DNA of 64,000 nucleotides, from assembly GCF_009914755.1 (NCBI RefSeq), contig NC_060925.1. One strand, 5' to 3'. The position numbers and the translations under genes were made by a program. Below are positions 1 to 17,020 of the stretch, one piece after another (the stretch's first letter is position 1; each line of letters begins with the position of its first letter). This DNA is from the human T2T-CHM13v2.0 reference genome, Homo sapiens. A model generated the notes under the pieces. The model worked only from the letters and a program-made list of their open reading frames with translations. It was not told the origin of the DNA and ran no database searches.

Positions 1-1160
1 GATGACCTCAGCAGAAGAGAATTTTAATAATCTAGTGGACAGAATGACCTATTCTGTGAATACCAATCAGCCTCTTTCCCCATCCACTCCTGTCATTGCC
101 TGATAGGCTTATGACCAAAATAGCAATGGTGGCAAGAATGGAAGTCATTCATGGGCTCAGCAACATCAACTTTCACTCACTAAGGCAAACTTGGCTACAG
201 CCACTGCTGATTGCCCAATCTTCTAGCAGCAGAGACCAAAACTGAATCTTTGACACGATTCCATTTCCCAGAGTTGCCAGCCAGCTACCTGGTGGCAAGT
301 TGATTACACTGGACCACTTCCATCATGGAAAAAGGGCAGTATCTTGTTCTTACTAGAATAGATACTTATGCTGAATAAGAATTTGCCTTCTTTGCATGCA
401 AAACTTCTGCCAAAACTACCATATCTGGACTTACGGAATGCCTTGTCCACTGGCATGATATTCCATACGACATTGCTTCTAATCAAGAAACTCACTTCAC
501 AGCAAAAGAAGTATAGCAATGGGCCTATGCTCATGAAATTCACACTCCCACCATGTTCCCTAGCATCCTGAAGTAGCTGGTTTGACAAAATCATGGAATG
601 GCCTTTTGAAGTCTCAATTACAGCACCAGCTAGGTGGCAACAATACTTCGTAGGACTGGGGAAGGGTTCTTCAGAAGCCTCTGTGTGCTCCAAATCAGTG
701 TTCAAAATATGGTGCTGTTTTTCCCATTGCTAGGATTCATGGGTCCAAAAATCAAGGGGTGAAAATGAGAGTGACATCACTATTTCCCCTAGTAACCCAG
801 TAGCAATATTTTTGCCTCATGTTTCCGTGTCCTCATGCTTTATTGGCCTAAAAATCTTAGTGCCAACAGCAAGAAAACTTCCACCAGGAAAAACAACAAT
901 AATTCATTGAACTAAAAGTTAAGACTAATGCTTGGACACTGGACTTCTCATGCTTCTGAATCAACAGGCATAAAAAAGAGTTACTATGCTGGCTGGGGTC
1001 ATTCATCCTAACTATCCTAACTACCAAGGGGAAATTGGACAGGTACTCCACAGTGCAAGTAAGAAGAGTATGTCTGGAATACAGAAGACCCCTTTTGGCT
1101 AGATTACTATTGCCATACCCTCGGTTAAGGTCAATGAAAAACTACAACTTAATTGCCATT
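1..1160 (+). mobile_element. ERV-L (HERVL/ERVL-B4/ERVL-E type) internal fragment: decayed integrase and dUTPase region
   Basis: Near 290-325 the + strand reads WQVDYTGPLPSWK, typical of ERV-L integrase. The 845-1010 region resembles the ERV-L dUTPase start (GLxxLVP...LPPG). Many stops and frameshifts; the element continues left of the window. Confidence 0.85.
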
Positions 1161-3426
1161 AGTAGACCAAGCAGGACTGGTACAATTATCAAACTTTGAA
1201 TATTATTTATAGAACACCATTCCAAATAACTGCAACATAAACATTTTCTGAAGCAAACAATATTTATAAAAGTTGATCATTTGCTGGACCATGACCTAAG
1301 TCTCTATGAATTTTAAAGATTGAAATCATATAGAGTATATTCTCTGACCATAGTGAAATAAGTTAGAAGTTCTTAAAAAATAGAAAAAAAGTTTCCAAAT
1401 ATATGGAATTTATGAAACATGCTTGAAAATAACCTATGTGTCAGAAAGAAAATAACAAGAAAATTAAAAAATACTTTAACTTAATGGTAACATAAATCAT
1501 ACAAGTTGAATATTTTGAGATGCAAATAAAATCATCTTACAGGAAATTTCTCTTTCTATAAATTTATGTTAGAAAAAAGAGACTAAAAATTAAGAAATTA
1601 TGTATCTATCTCAAGACATAGAAAATTAACAGCAGAATGACCAAAATAAAATAGAGGGAACAAGAAAATAGAAATTAAAATAAATATATGATAGAGAAGA
1701 TTAACAAAACAAAACTTATTTTTTTGAAAAAATAAATACAATTGACAAACTCTTGATAAGACTGATCAAAGAAGAGGAGATACACATGATCAATAATGGA
1801 ATAAAAGTTTTTAAAAATACAAGTTAGTATGAAAAGAAGCAAATACATTTGAAGTTTAGATAAAATGAAAATATTTATTGTTAAAAAGTAAAATTTACAA
1901 AACTTACCTAAAAACAGAAACTCTGAATAATCCTGAAGCTACTAATGAAATTAAATTCATCATATAAAACCTTTGCCAAAGAAACCTATAATCCAAATGA
2001 TTTCACTGGTAAATTCTTAAAAACATTTGAGCAACAAATAACATCAGTGTTACTCAAACTCTTTCAGGGAATGAAATAAAAAGTGCTCCTGAATTTATTT
2101 TATAAAACCAAAATAACTTTCATATCAAAACCTTATAAAACTTTTATAAGAATTACAAAGTTACAGGCTAATATTATTCAAGTACAAGAAAAAAATTAAT
2201 CAAAAAATTAGTGAAAATTATTCAGTGATAAAAAGTCTATTACACAAATTGGTTTATTTCAAGAAAGCAAGATAAATGAAAATTTGAAAATTATGAATTG
2301 TATTTTATATTATCCAAATAAGAAAATTAATAAGTCATCTCAGTAAATGAAAATCATTTGATAAAATTTAATACATATTCATGGTTACAAGAAATCTAGA
2401 AATAGAAGAAAAATATCTTAGTCTAATAAAATATAACTGCAAAATAACATAAAGTATTATATTCAATTATGAAATTTGAAGCTTTCCTTTTGAATAAGAC
2501 CTAATCAAGACTGCCTTTTAGATTCAATTCTATTTATTTTTGTATTGGAGGTTTTAGCCAGTTTAGTAAGAAAAGAAAAATAAAATAAAAAAATAAGGAC
2601 TAAAAGCACAAAAACAAAACTGTTATTTGCAGATTAGATAATTCCATACAGAGAAAATTTAAAAAAAATTACAGGTGAATAATGGCAGCAGTGTGTTTAG
2701 CAAAGTTGCTGAATATAGAGACAAATTACAAAAATTAGGCACATTTCTATATATCAACATACCAGCTAAAAAGTATTTTTTCAATTGATGCCATTTTGTT
2801 GTATCAAAAAGCATCAAGTTCTTTTGATTAATTATATCAAAATTACATAAGACACAAGCAAACAAAACCATAAAATATTGAAAGAAACCAAATAGCTAAC
2901 TGAATGGACAATAAAATATTTTCATAAATTGAAAGATACAATATAGTATTAGTATAGTAAAGATATCAGTACCCTCCAAATTGATCTATGGATTTTAAAC
3001 AATTATAATCAAAAACCAAAAAGGTAAGAGTGTATGTGTATATGCATCGAATGAAACTTGCTAAAATAATTCTTAAATTGATATGGAAATGCAAATGACA
3101 ATTTATCATCCAAATCTTCAGAAAGAGGTTAGAGGATATGTTCTACCAGACACCATGACTTACTATAGATCTATAACAATTGAAGCCATCTGAAAATGGA
3201 CCTTTAATTTTATGCTGCAAATCAAATAGGAAATAATAAGCTCTGTTGGGTCAATTGAAATATTCATGTAAAAAAAAGATTGTCAACACCTACTTCAAAT
3301 AATACCAAAAATATACAAATCAATTCCAGTTAAACTATCAATTAAAATGCAAAATTTTAATCAATAAAGCTTCTAGACTATAATATAGAAGATAGTCACG
3401 AACTTGTGGTAGGGAGAGAGGACCTA

Positions 3427-3763
<337 letters not shown>

Positions 3764-4126
3764 AAAAGATTGATAACTCTAGTATGTTAAAATTACACAC
3801 TCTTTTCATCTAAAAGCACTATAAGAGAGTGAAAAGGAAAGACATGGAGTGGGGAAAGAAATTTTCAACACATACAATGAGAAAGGAATAATACAGACTA
3901 TGTAATGAGCCCCTATAAATTAATTAGAATACACCAACAACTAAGAAACAAATACAAATGTGAGCAACATTTGAGGAGGTATTTTAAAAAAATAAATATT
4001 CAAATAGATAATAAATATTTTTAAATGGTGCTCAATGTAATTACCAATACAGGAAATTAAAATTAAAATCACAATGCAATGCTACTACACACTTACAAGG
4101 TCAGTTAATTTAAAAATAAATAAATA

Positions 4127-4263
4127 GGCCGGGCACAGTGGCTCATGCCTGTAATCCCGCACTTTGGGAGACTGAGATGGAAGGATTGCTTGAGGCCAGG
4201 AGTAAGAGACCAGCCTGGTCAACATGGCAAGAACCCCATCTCTAAAAATAAATAAATAAATAA
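4127..4263 (+). mobile_element. Free left Alu monomer (FLAM_C-like) with (AAAT)n tail
   Basis: ggccgggcacagtggctca...ggattgcttgaggccaggag...ccccatctct then aaaaataaataaata. The same A-rich motif precedes it as a probable TSD. Confidence 0.9.
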
Positions 4264-5134
4264 AACAATATTGATTATTGTCAGGGATGTGAAATAATTA
4301 GCACTCTCATGCCCTGCTGGTGAGAGGGTAAACTGGCACAGCCGCTTTAAAAACATTTTGGAATTATCAACTAAAATTTAACATTCCCATACCCCATGAC
4401 TCAGAAATTCCGTTCCAAGGTTTATATCCAGCAGAAATCCATGCACATATGCATGAAGACTTCTATATATAAATGCTCATGGCAGCATTATTCATAATAC
4501 TTCAAATTAGGAACAATTCAAATCTGCACCAAGAGTAGAATGAAAAAAATAAACTACAAATAATCACAGAATTAAATATACATTGCAGTGAAAATAAAGG
4601 AATTAGAGCTACATGCAATAAAATGAATGAAGTTCACAACATAATGTTAAGCAAAAGGAGCCAGGTGAGAAAAAAAATTATATACAGTGTGATTACATTT
4701 AATCTGAAACTCAAACAGCAGGCACATTTAACTATATTGTTCAAAATTGCATGCTCAGTTGGTAAAGATTTAAGAAAAACAAAGAAATAATTAACATAAA
4801 ATTCAAAATACTGGCTACCTTTATAAAGAAGGAAGGCATTGGCTATTAAAAGCAGGTTATAAGTGCTCTTCAACACTGGGATGCTGACAACGTTTAATTT
4901 CTTAACCTGGGTGGTAGTGAAACAGATGTTTGCTTTGTGATAAATTAATGAATTCTATACCTTTGCAGTGCACTTTTCTATACTATGTTATAAATTGTAA
5001 TTTAAAAGTTTTTTGGAAAATAGTACAGGGAAATAAATATTTATCAGAAATTGTTTTGGAATTAGAAACTATTTTTAAATATTTTACTTTTATACATACA
5101 AATGTATGTGTGTATAAAATATTTTGCATATTAT

Positions 5135-5736
5135 TATCAAGGAAGCCCTCTCTGATAACGTGAAATTTGAGCAGAGACTAGAAGAAAGTAAAGAGTAGAG
5201 TTACGTAGGTGGCTGAGGGAAAGGCTTGACAAGTATAGAGAATAGGACATGCAAAGACACTGAGGTGTGGAATATGCTTAGCTTGTTGGCAGAACAGCAA
5301 GCAGAATAGTGTGGCCAGAATATGATGAGTGAGAAACATAAAGGTAGGAGACAAGATCAGAGAGTTTTCAGTGCATCAGATCAAGTACAGCCTTGTAGGT
5401 CATTGTAAAGTGTTTTAACTTTATTCTGAGTTAGATGGAAAATCACTGAAAGGCTTTGAGCTGAGGAGTGACACAAACAAAATTGTATTTTAAGGTTGTC
5501 ATTCTGCCTGCTGTGTGACAAATAGACCAGTCAGAAGAGAGACTAGCTGGGAGGCTATTGCAACAGTCCAGGTAGTAAATGATGGTAGCATAGGCTAGGT
5601 AGTAGTAGTGGAATGGGTGAGAAATAGCTAAACTCTAGATATAATTTCATGGTAGAGCTGACGAGTTGGAGAAAGAAGGATGTCAAGAAAGACACGAAGA
5701 TTTTTGTTCTGAGAAACTAGATAAAAAGTATTCGCA
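5135..5736 (-). mobile_element. L2 LINE fragment, split by the L1PA3 and resuming at about 11926-11955
   Basis: L2 antisense hallmarks: tttgagcagagac, gccttgtaggtcattgtaaag, ggaggctattgcaacagtccagg. After the L1 it continues as tttactgagatggggaaa. Confidence 0.85.
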
Positions 5737-6777
5737 GGGGCTGGCAGCCAAGATGGCCGAATAGGAAGAGCTCCAGTCTACAGCTCCCAGCATGAGCGAC
5801 GCAGAAGACAGGTGATTTCTGCGTTTCCATCTGAGGTACCAGGTTCATCTCACTAGGGAGTGCCAGACAGTGGGCGCACGACAGTGGGTGCAGAGCAACG
5901 TGTGCCAGCCGAAGCAGGGCAAGGCATTGCCTCACTCGGGAAGCGCAAGGGGTCAGGGAGCTCCCTTTCCTAGTCAAAGAAAGGGGTGACAGACGGCACC
6001 TGGAAAATCGGGTCACTCCCTACCTAATACTGCACTTTTCTGATGGGCTTTAAAAACGGCGCACCAGTAGATTATATCCCGCACATGGCTCGGGCGGTCC
6101 TACACCCACAGAGTCTCGCCGATTGCTACCACAGTAGTCTGAGATCAAACTGCAAGGTGGCAGCGAGGCTGGGGGAGGGGCACCTGCCATTGCCCAGGCT
6201 TGCATAGGTAAACAAAGCAGCCAGGAAGCTCGAACTGGGTGGAGCCCACCACAGCTCAAGGAGGCCTGCCTGCCTCTGTAGGCTCCACCTCTGGGGGCAG
6301 GGCACAGACAAATAAAAAGACAGCAGAAACCTTTGCAGACTTAAATGTCCCTGTCTGACAGCTTTGAAGAGAGCAGTGGTTCTCCCAGCATGCAGCTGGA
6401 GATCTGAAAACGGGCAGAGTGCCTCCTCAAGTGGGTCCCTGACCCCTGACCCATGAGCAGCCTAACTGGGAAGCAGCCCCCGGTAGGGGCAGACTGACAC
6501 CTCACATGGCCGGGTACTCCTCTGAGACAAAACTTCCAGAGGAATGATCAGACAGCAGCATTCGCGGTTCACGAAAATCCGCTGTTCTGCAGCCACCGCT
6601 GCTGATACCCAGGCAAACAGGGTCTGGAGTGGACCTCTAGCAAACTCCAACAGACCTGCAGCTGAGGGTCCTGTCTGTTAGAAGGAAAACTAACAAACAG
6701 AAAGGACATTCACACCAAAAACCCATGATGATGTACATCAACATCATCAAAGACCAAAAGTAGATAAAAACACAAAG
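5737..6777 (+). promoter_or_regulatory. L1 5'UTR internal sense and antisense promoter with YY1 site
   Basis: YY1 core aagatggcc at 5750-5758; relatively CpG-rich L1 5'UTR up to the ORF1 ATG. Confidence 0.85.
6050..6190 (-). pseudogene. L1 antisense ORF0, truncated (46 aa)
   Basis: MAGAPPPASLPPCSLISD... begins at 6190 within ORF-track entry 6050..6259 and stops at TAA after VRRF, where the known 71-aa ORF0 continues LSRSEK. Confidence 0.8.
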
Positions 6778-7794
6778 ATGGGGAAAAGACAGAGCAGAAA
6801 AACTGGAAACTCTAAAAAGCAGAGTGCCTCTCCTCCTCCAAAGGAACACAGTTCCTCACCAGCAACGGAACAAAGCTGGATGGAGAATGACTTTGACAGG
6901 TTGAGAGAAGAAGGCTTCAGATGATCAAACTACTCCGAGCTACAGGAGGAAATTCAAACCAAAGGCAAAGAAGTTCAAAACTTTGAAAACAATTTTCACG
7001 AATGTATAACTAGAATAACCAATACAGAGAAGTGCTTAAAGGAGCTGATGTAGCTGAAAGCCAAGGCTCGAGGACTACATGAAGAATGCAGAAGCCTCAG
7101 GAGCCGATGCGATCAACTGGAAGAAAGGGTATCAGTGATGGAAGATGAAATGAATGAAATGAAGCAAGAAGGGAAGTTTAGAGAAAAAAGCATAAAAAGA
7201 AATGAACAAAGCCTCCAAGAAATATGGGACTATATGAAAAGACCAAATCTACGTCTGACTGGTGTACCTGAAAGTGACGGGGAGAATGGAACCAAGTTGG
7301 AAAACACGCTGCAGGATATTATCCAGGAGAACTTCCCCAATCTAGCAAGGCAGGCCAACAGTGAGATTCAGGAAATACAGAGAACACCACAAAGATACTC
7401 CTCGAGAAGAGCAACTCCAAGACACATAATTGTCAGATTCACCAAAGTTGAAATGAAGGAAAAAATATTAAGGGCAGCCAGAGAGAAAGGTCAGGTTACC
7501 CACAAAGGGAAGCCCATCAGACTAACAGTGGATCTCTTGGCAGAAACTCTACAAGCCAGGAGAGTGTGGGGGCCAATATTCAACATTCCTAAAGAAAAGA
7601 ATTTTCAACCCACAATTTCATATCCAGACAAACTAAGCTTCATAAGTGAAGGAGAAATAAAATACTTTACAGACAAGCAAATGCCGAGAGATTTTGTCAC
7701 CACCAGGCCTGCCCTAAAAGAGCTCCTGAAGGAAGCACTAAACATGGAAAGGAACAACCGGTACCAGCTGCTGCAAAATCATGCCAAATTGTAA
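6778..7794 (+). pseudogene. L1 ORF1p (RNA-binding chaperone), disrupted
   Basis: ATG at 6778 and TAA ending 7794 give the canonical 338-codon length. In-frame stops are TGA at 6922 (codon 49, CGA>TGA) and TAG at 7051 (codon 92). The C-terminal part is ORF 7135..7794. Confidence 0.95.
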
Positions 7795-7842
7795 AGACCA
7801 TCGAGGCTAGGAAGCAACTGCATCAACTAATGAGCAAAATAA

Positions 7843-11685
<3,843 letters not shown>

Positions 11686-12035
11686 ACAATGAGAACACCT
11701 GGACACAGGAAGGGGAACATCACACTCTGGGGACTATTGTGGGGTGGAGGGAGGGGGTAGGAATAGCATTAGGAGATATACCTAATGCTAAATGATGAGT
11801 TAATGGGTGCAGCACACCAGCATGGCACATGTATACATATGTAACTAACCTGCACATTGTGCACATGTACACTAAAACTTAAAGTATAATAATAATAAAA
11901 TAAAATTTAAAAAAAAGGATTCGCATTTACTGAGATGGGGAAATGGAGGAAATATGATCATTCTCTGCTAGGATGTAATATAATATAAAGCCATCTAAAT
12001 GGAATTTTTTTCTTATGAAAAAATTAGGGCCGCCT

Positions 12036-12398
12036 TGCTGTGGTTCGAATTTGTTCCCCCTAAAATTTATGTATTGAAACTTAATTTCCATGGTGGTGGT
12101 ATTGAGAGGTAGGGCCTTTTGGAAAGTAAGTCTCGAGAACTCTGCTGCCATGAATGAATTAGCGCCTTATATAAAGAGAGTTGGAGGAAACTAGTTTAGC
12201 CCATTTTTCCCTCTCTTCTCTTTTACTATACAAGGACTCAGCGTTCATCCCCTCCAGAGAATGCAGCCACAAGGTGCCACTTTGAAATGAAAACCGAGTC
12301 CTCACCAGACACCAAACCTGCCAGCACCTTGATCCTGGACTTTCCAGCCTCCAGAACTGTAAGAAATAAATCTCTGTTGTTTATAAATTACTTAGCCT
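12036..12398 (+). mobile_element. MaLR LTR (MSTC/MSTD-like), interrupted near its 3' end by L1PB; remainder at about 14417-14460
   Basis: tgctgtggttcgaatttgttcccc...ccttgatcctggactttccagcctccagaactgtaagaaataaa...taaatta. It resumes after the L1 as aaattacccggactgtattttgtcataac. Confidence 0.85.
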
Positions 12399-14416
12399 GG
12401 AAGTCCTAGCCAGAACAATCAGACAAGAGAAAGAAATATAAAGGGCATCCAAATTGGAAAACAGGAAGTCAAACTGTCACTATTCTTTGATGATAGGATT
12501 GTATACCTACACAACCCTAAAGACTCACCCAAAAAGCTCCTAGAGCTGATAAATGAATTCACCAAAGTTTCAGGATATAAAATCAATGTACACAAATCAG
12601 TAGCACTGTTATACACCAACAACATCAAGCTGAGAATCAAGTTAAGAGTGCAATCCCTATTACAACAGCTGCAAAAAATAAAATAAAATAAACTAATATA
12701 CTTAACCAAGGAGGTGAAAGATCTGTACAAGGAAAACTACAAAACACTGCTGAAAAAAAATCATAGATGGGATGATGCAAACAAATGGAAACACATCCCA
12801 TGCAGGTGGATAGGTAGAATTAATATTGTGAAAATGACCATACTGCCAAAAGCAAACTGCAGATTCAATGTAATACCCATTGAAATACCATCATCATTCT
12901 TCACAGAACTAGAAAAAAAAAATTCTAAAGTTCATATGGAACCAAAAAAGAACCCACACAACCAAAGCAATACTAAGCAACAGGAACAAATCTGGAGGCA
13001 TCAGATTACTCAACTTCAAATTATACTACAAGGCTTAAAAAAATAGGCACTTAGACAAATAGAAAAGAATAAAGAACCCAAAAGTGAAGCCAAATACTTA
13101 CAGCCAACTTATCTTTGACAAAGCATACAAAACCTTAAAGTGGGGAAAGGAGACCCTATTCAATAAATGGTGCTGGGATAACTGCCAAGCCACATATAGA
13201 AGAATGAAACTAGATCCTCATCTCTCACCTTATACAAAAATCAACTCAAGATGAATCAAAGGCTTAAATTTAAGACCTGAAACCATAAAAATCCTAGAAG
13301 ATAACATCATAAAAACTCTTCTAGACATTGGCTTTGGCAAAGAATTCAGGACTAAGAACCCAAAAGCAAATAAAACAAAAATAAATAAATGGACCTAATT
13401 AAACTAAAAATCTTCTGCACAGCAAAAGAAATAATTAGCTGAGTAAACAGGCAACTCAGAGAGGGGAGAAAATCTACACAAACTGTGCATCCAACAAAGG
13501 ACTAATATTCAGAATCTACAAGGAACTCAAACAAATCAGCAAGATAAAAACAAATAATCCCATTGAAAAGTGGGCAAAAGACATGAATAGTCAATTCTCA
13601 AAAGAAGATATACAAACAACCGACACACATAGGGAAAAAAATGTTCATCTTCAGTAGTTTTCAGAGAAATGCAAATTAGAAACACAATGAGATACCACCT
13701 TACTCCTACAAGAATGGCCATAATTAAAAAATCAAAAAATAATAGATGTTGGCATAAATCGGGTGAAAGGGGAACTCTTTACACTGCTGGTAGGAATGTA
13801 AACTAGTACAACCACTATGGAAAACAGTAGAGAGATTCTTTAATGAACTAAAAAAAGAACTACCATTTGATCCTGCAATTCCAGGGTATCTACCCATAGG
13901 AAAAGAAGTCATTATATGAAAAAGACACATGCACACATGTTTATAGAAGAACAATTCACAATGGCAAGGATATGGAACAAACCTAAGTGCCTATCAACCA
14001 ACAAATGAGTAAAGAAAATGTGGTATATATACACCATAGTATATATACACCATGGAATACTACTCAGCCATAAAACAGAATGAAATAATGGCCTTTGCAG
14101 CAACTTGGATGAACTTGGAGGCCATTATTCCAAGTGAGGTAACTCAGGAATGGAAAATCAAATATTGTATGTTTTCACTTATAAGTGGGAGCTAAGCTAT
14201 GAGGATACAAAGGCATAAGAATGATATAATGAACTTTGGGGACTCAGGGGGAAGGGCAGGAGGAAGGTGAGGGATAAAAGACTGCACATTGGGTACAGCA
14301 CACACTGCTCGGGGGACAAGCACACCAAAATCTCAGAAATCAATCACCACTAAAGAACTTATCGATGTAGCCAATATCACTTGTTCCACCCCAAAAATTA
14401 TTAAATAAAATTTTAA
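12399..14416 (+). mobile_element. 5'-truncated L1PB (PB2/PB3-like): RT C-terminal half and 3'UTR
   Basis: ORF2 remnants ([13 protein letters not shown]...[14 protein letters not shown]) and the L1PB 3'UTR gctaagctatgaggatacaaaggcataagaatgata...caccactaaagaactt. Confidence 0.92.
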
Positions 14417-14974
14417 AAATTACCCGGACTGTATTTTGTCATAACACACAAACTGATGCTCTTGTAAAAGACTATATTAAAATCATATAGTCAGTGACGA
14501 GTTAAATGTGCCCCATTCACCGAAATTTCTAAACGTATAAAGGTTCTGCAGTGTTCAGAAGGTTTGATTAGTATGTTATCTGATTTCTTATAATCTGTAA
14601 CATACAATCCTTTATTTCATGGACTTCACTAATATATATTTTTTTATTTTTGAAATTAAAAGTAAAGTGAGTTAAATATTAACCAAACTTTAGGCCAAAT
14701 CTCAAAACATATTTTCCCCACCCACAGAGATAGTTGTTCCTTTATTTTTCTTACATTTTCTCAAACTCAGATGACTATTCAGGAATCTTGGATTTGGAGA
14801 TAAATAATTCACCTTGAGGCATTATCATTATATTGTCTTATCATGGTTGACTATAAAGTTTTATTGCCTAGGGTCCCTAAGAACAAAGTTCTTATAGCGC
14901 AAGGTATGAGGTTCAGCCCATAAATGAACTGGCAAACTTAATACATAGAAAAAAACTAAACTAATAATTTATGG

Positions 14975-15210
14975 TACCTGAGCCCTGGAGTTAGGTAGTC
15001 ATAAGCTCAAATCTCAGTTCTGCCACTTAATGGCAGTATGACCTTGAGCAACTTACTTAACCACTTCATGCCACAGACTCCCCATCTGAAAAATCGAGTT
15101 AATAATAGGGCCTTTCTTGGATAATTGCTTTGTATATTAGATAAAATGATCTACATAAAGAACTTGCAGAGTTCCTAGCATATAATTAGATATCCTCAGT
15201 AAACATTATG
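14975..15210 (+). mobile_element. MIR SINE
   Basis: Core ttctgccactta...tgaccttgagcaacttacttaacc...cccatctgaaaaat. Confidence 0.85.
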
Positions 15211-15276
15211 TAGATATGTTTACCAGAAAACAGAGGTAAGGTCCAGCTGGCTCAGTTCGGGGTAACCAGCCCATAG

Positions 15277-15600
<324 letters not shown>

Positions 15601-16699
15601 GTCTTTTTAATACAATTTAACTAAAAATATCTCCATTGCTAGAAATGTATGGCCTACAGAAACTATATTTTTCATAGGTAGATCAGCCTACTTATTTGAA
15701 GACATTATTTTGTATGATTAGAAGGAAGAAAGAAGATAATCTTGAATAAAGATTATACTCCATGGGTCTGAAAAATCAGTTTTTGCCACTGCTTCACCTA
15801 ACACTGGAACCTACTTCCCTGAATAAAGTTATTTTCATTTAAGCCGCATTTGATTCTCCACTCTTACAACAGGGAGTCCCTGCAGGTGATTGAAGCCTGG
15901 TATAAAAGATGTATCTCACACCTTTGCTTGAAAATTATTATGTCAGCACCATGCCCGAATGCCAGTTGAATTGATATGTATGATTTCCTTAAGAACATGT
16001 GTTGACAGTTACTTTCCTCATTGGTCTTTCCTCTTGGTTCCAAGAGCCCATAAAATCTTACAACCACACAAACCAAAATTATACAGGAGACATTTAGTTA
16101 TGTTTGGCACAGACTCGATATTGTGTAAATGGAACCTAACTTCTTTCTTCCAGGGACTTGCTAAACTCTACTCCTGGACTCTGTTTCAACCTTTCCTCTG
16201 GTTCAGCTGTTATTTTTCAAGAAGCCTTATCCATTCCTCCTATTACACACCTTCTGATCCGGGAAATATTGTTGGCCTCTCTCACTTGTTAGGGTGAATA
16301 GACAGGCTCATGTTCTTACTTAACAATTCCTGCGACATATCACTGAAATAAACTTAAGCTATGGATTATAAAGCTTTCTGGCACTTCAGTGATATTCAAG
16401 GCCACTCAAGGAGCTTTGCTAATACAAGGAGGTATTTAACAGAGAGGTCTCACTCAATTCAATGTCTCCAGCTGCACAGGCCTACCTGTCCCTTGAAAGA
16501 AAGACTTTGCTGTCTACGCTGCAGAGCCATTATCTCTTTCTTTTTGTACAGTGACACGAACCAAATCTGATCCCCTCCATAGCACTTTCCGCAAACATTA
16601 TTTAATGTGTGTTAGGTTAGATAGAAATGGCAAGTATTTAGGTATGCATGGTAAAAAGTTATGCATATGACCTGCTAAGCTCTCTGGGCAGAAACAAAG

Positions 16700-17020
16700 G
16701 ACTCATCATGTCACTTTCTGTATTAAAAGCTTTCAATGGCTTCAGGATAAATTAAAAGTGCCATAGATTGGACCACAAACCCCTTCCTGACCTGATCCTT
16801 CTCTCCTCTACAGCCTTACTGCATCCATCTCTCTCCACCCCCAGCGCCTAGAACATTTGCATCTTCTTATTCTACTGGGAGTCAGCCTGGAATGCTCTCG
16901 CCTCTTTCTCTACCTGTTGAATTCTTCCCTGTCCTTCGTGATTCTGCTTGATTGTCATATCTTTTGGGAAACCTTCCTTGACATACATAGTGATCCTAGA
17001 GGCTGGTACTCTACTGTGCT
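16700..17020 (+). mobile_element. L2 fragment
   Basis: atcatgtcactttctg...aaaagctttcaatggctt, gcctggaatgctct, gggaaaccttccttgac. Confidence 0.7.

Noticed and set aside
14023-14054. 16-bp tandem duplication in L1PB (similar: 14-bp repeat at 22028-22062; 14-bp palindrome at 52611-52624)
   Set aside because: Ordinary slippage or chance events, with only two units and no array or spacer structure.
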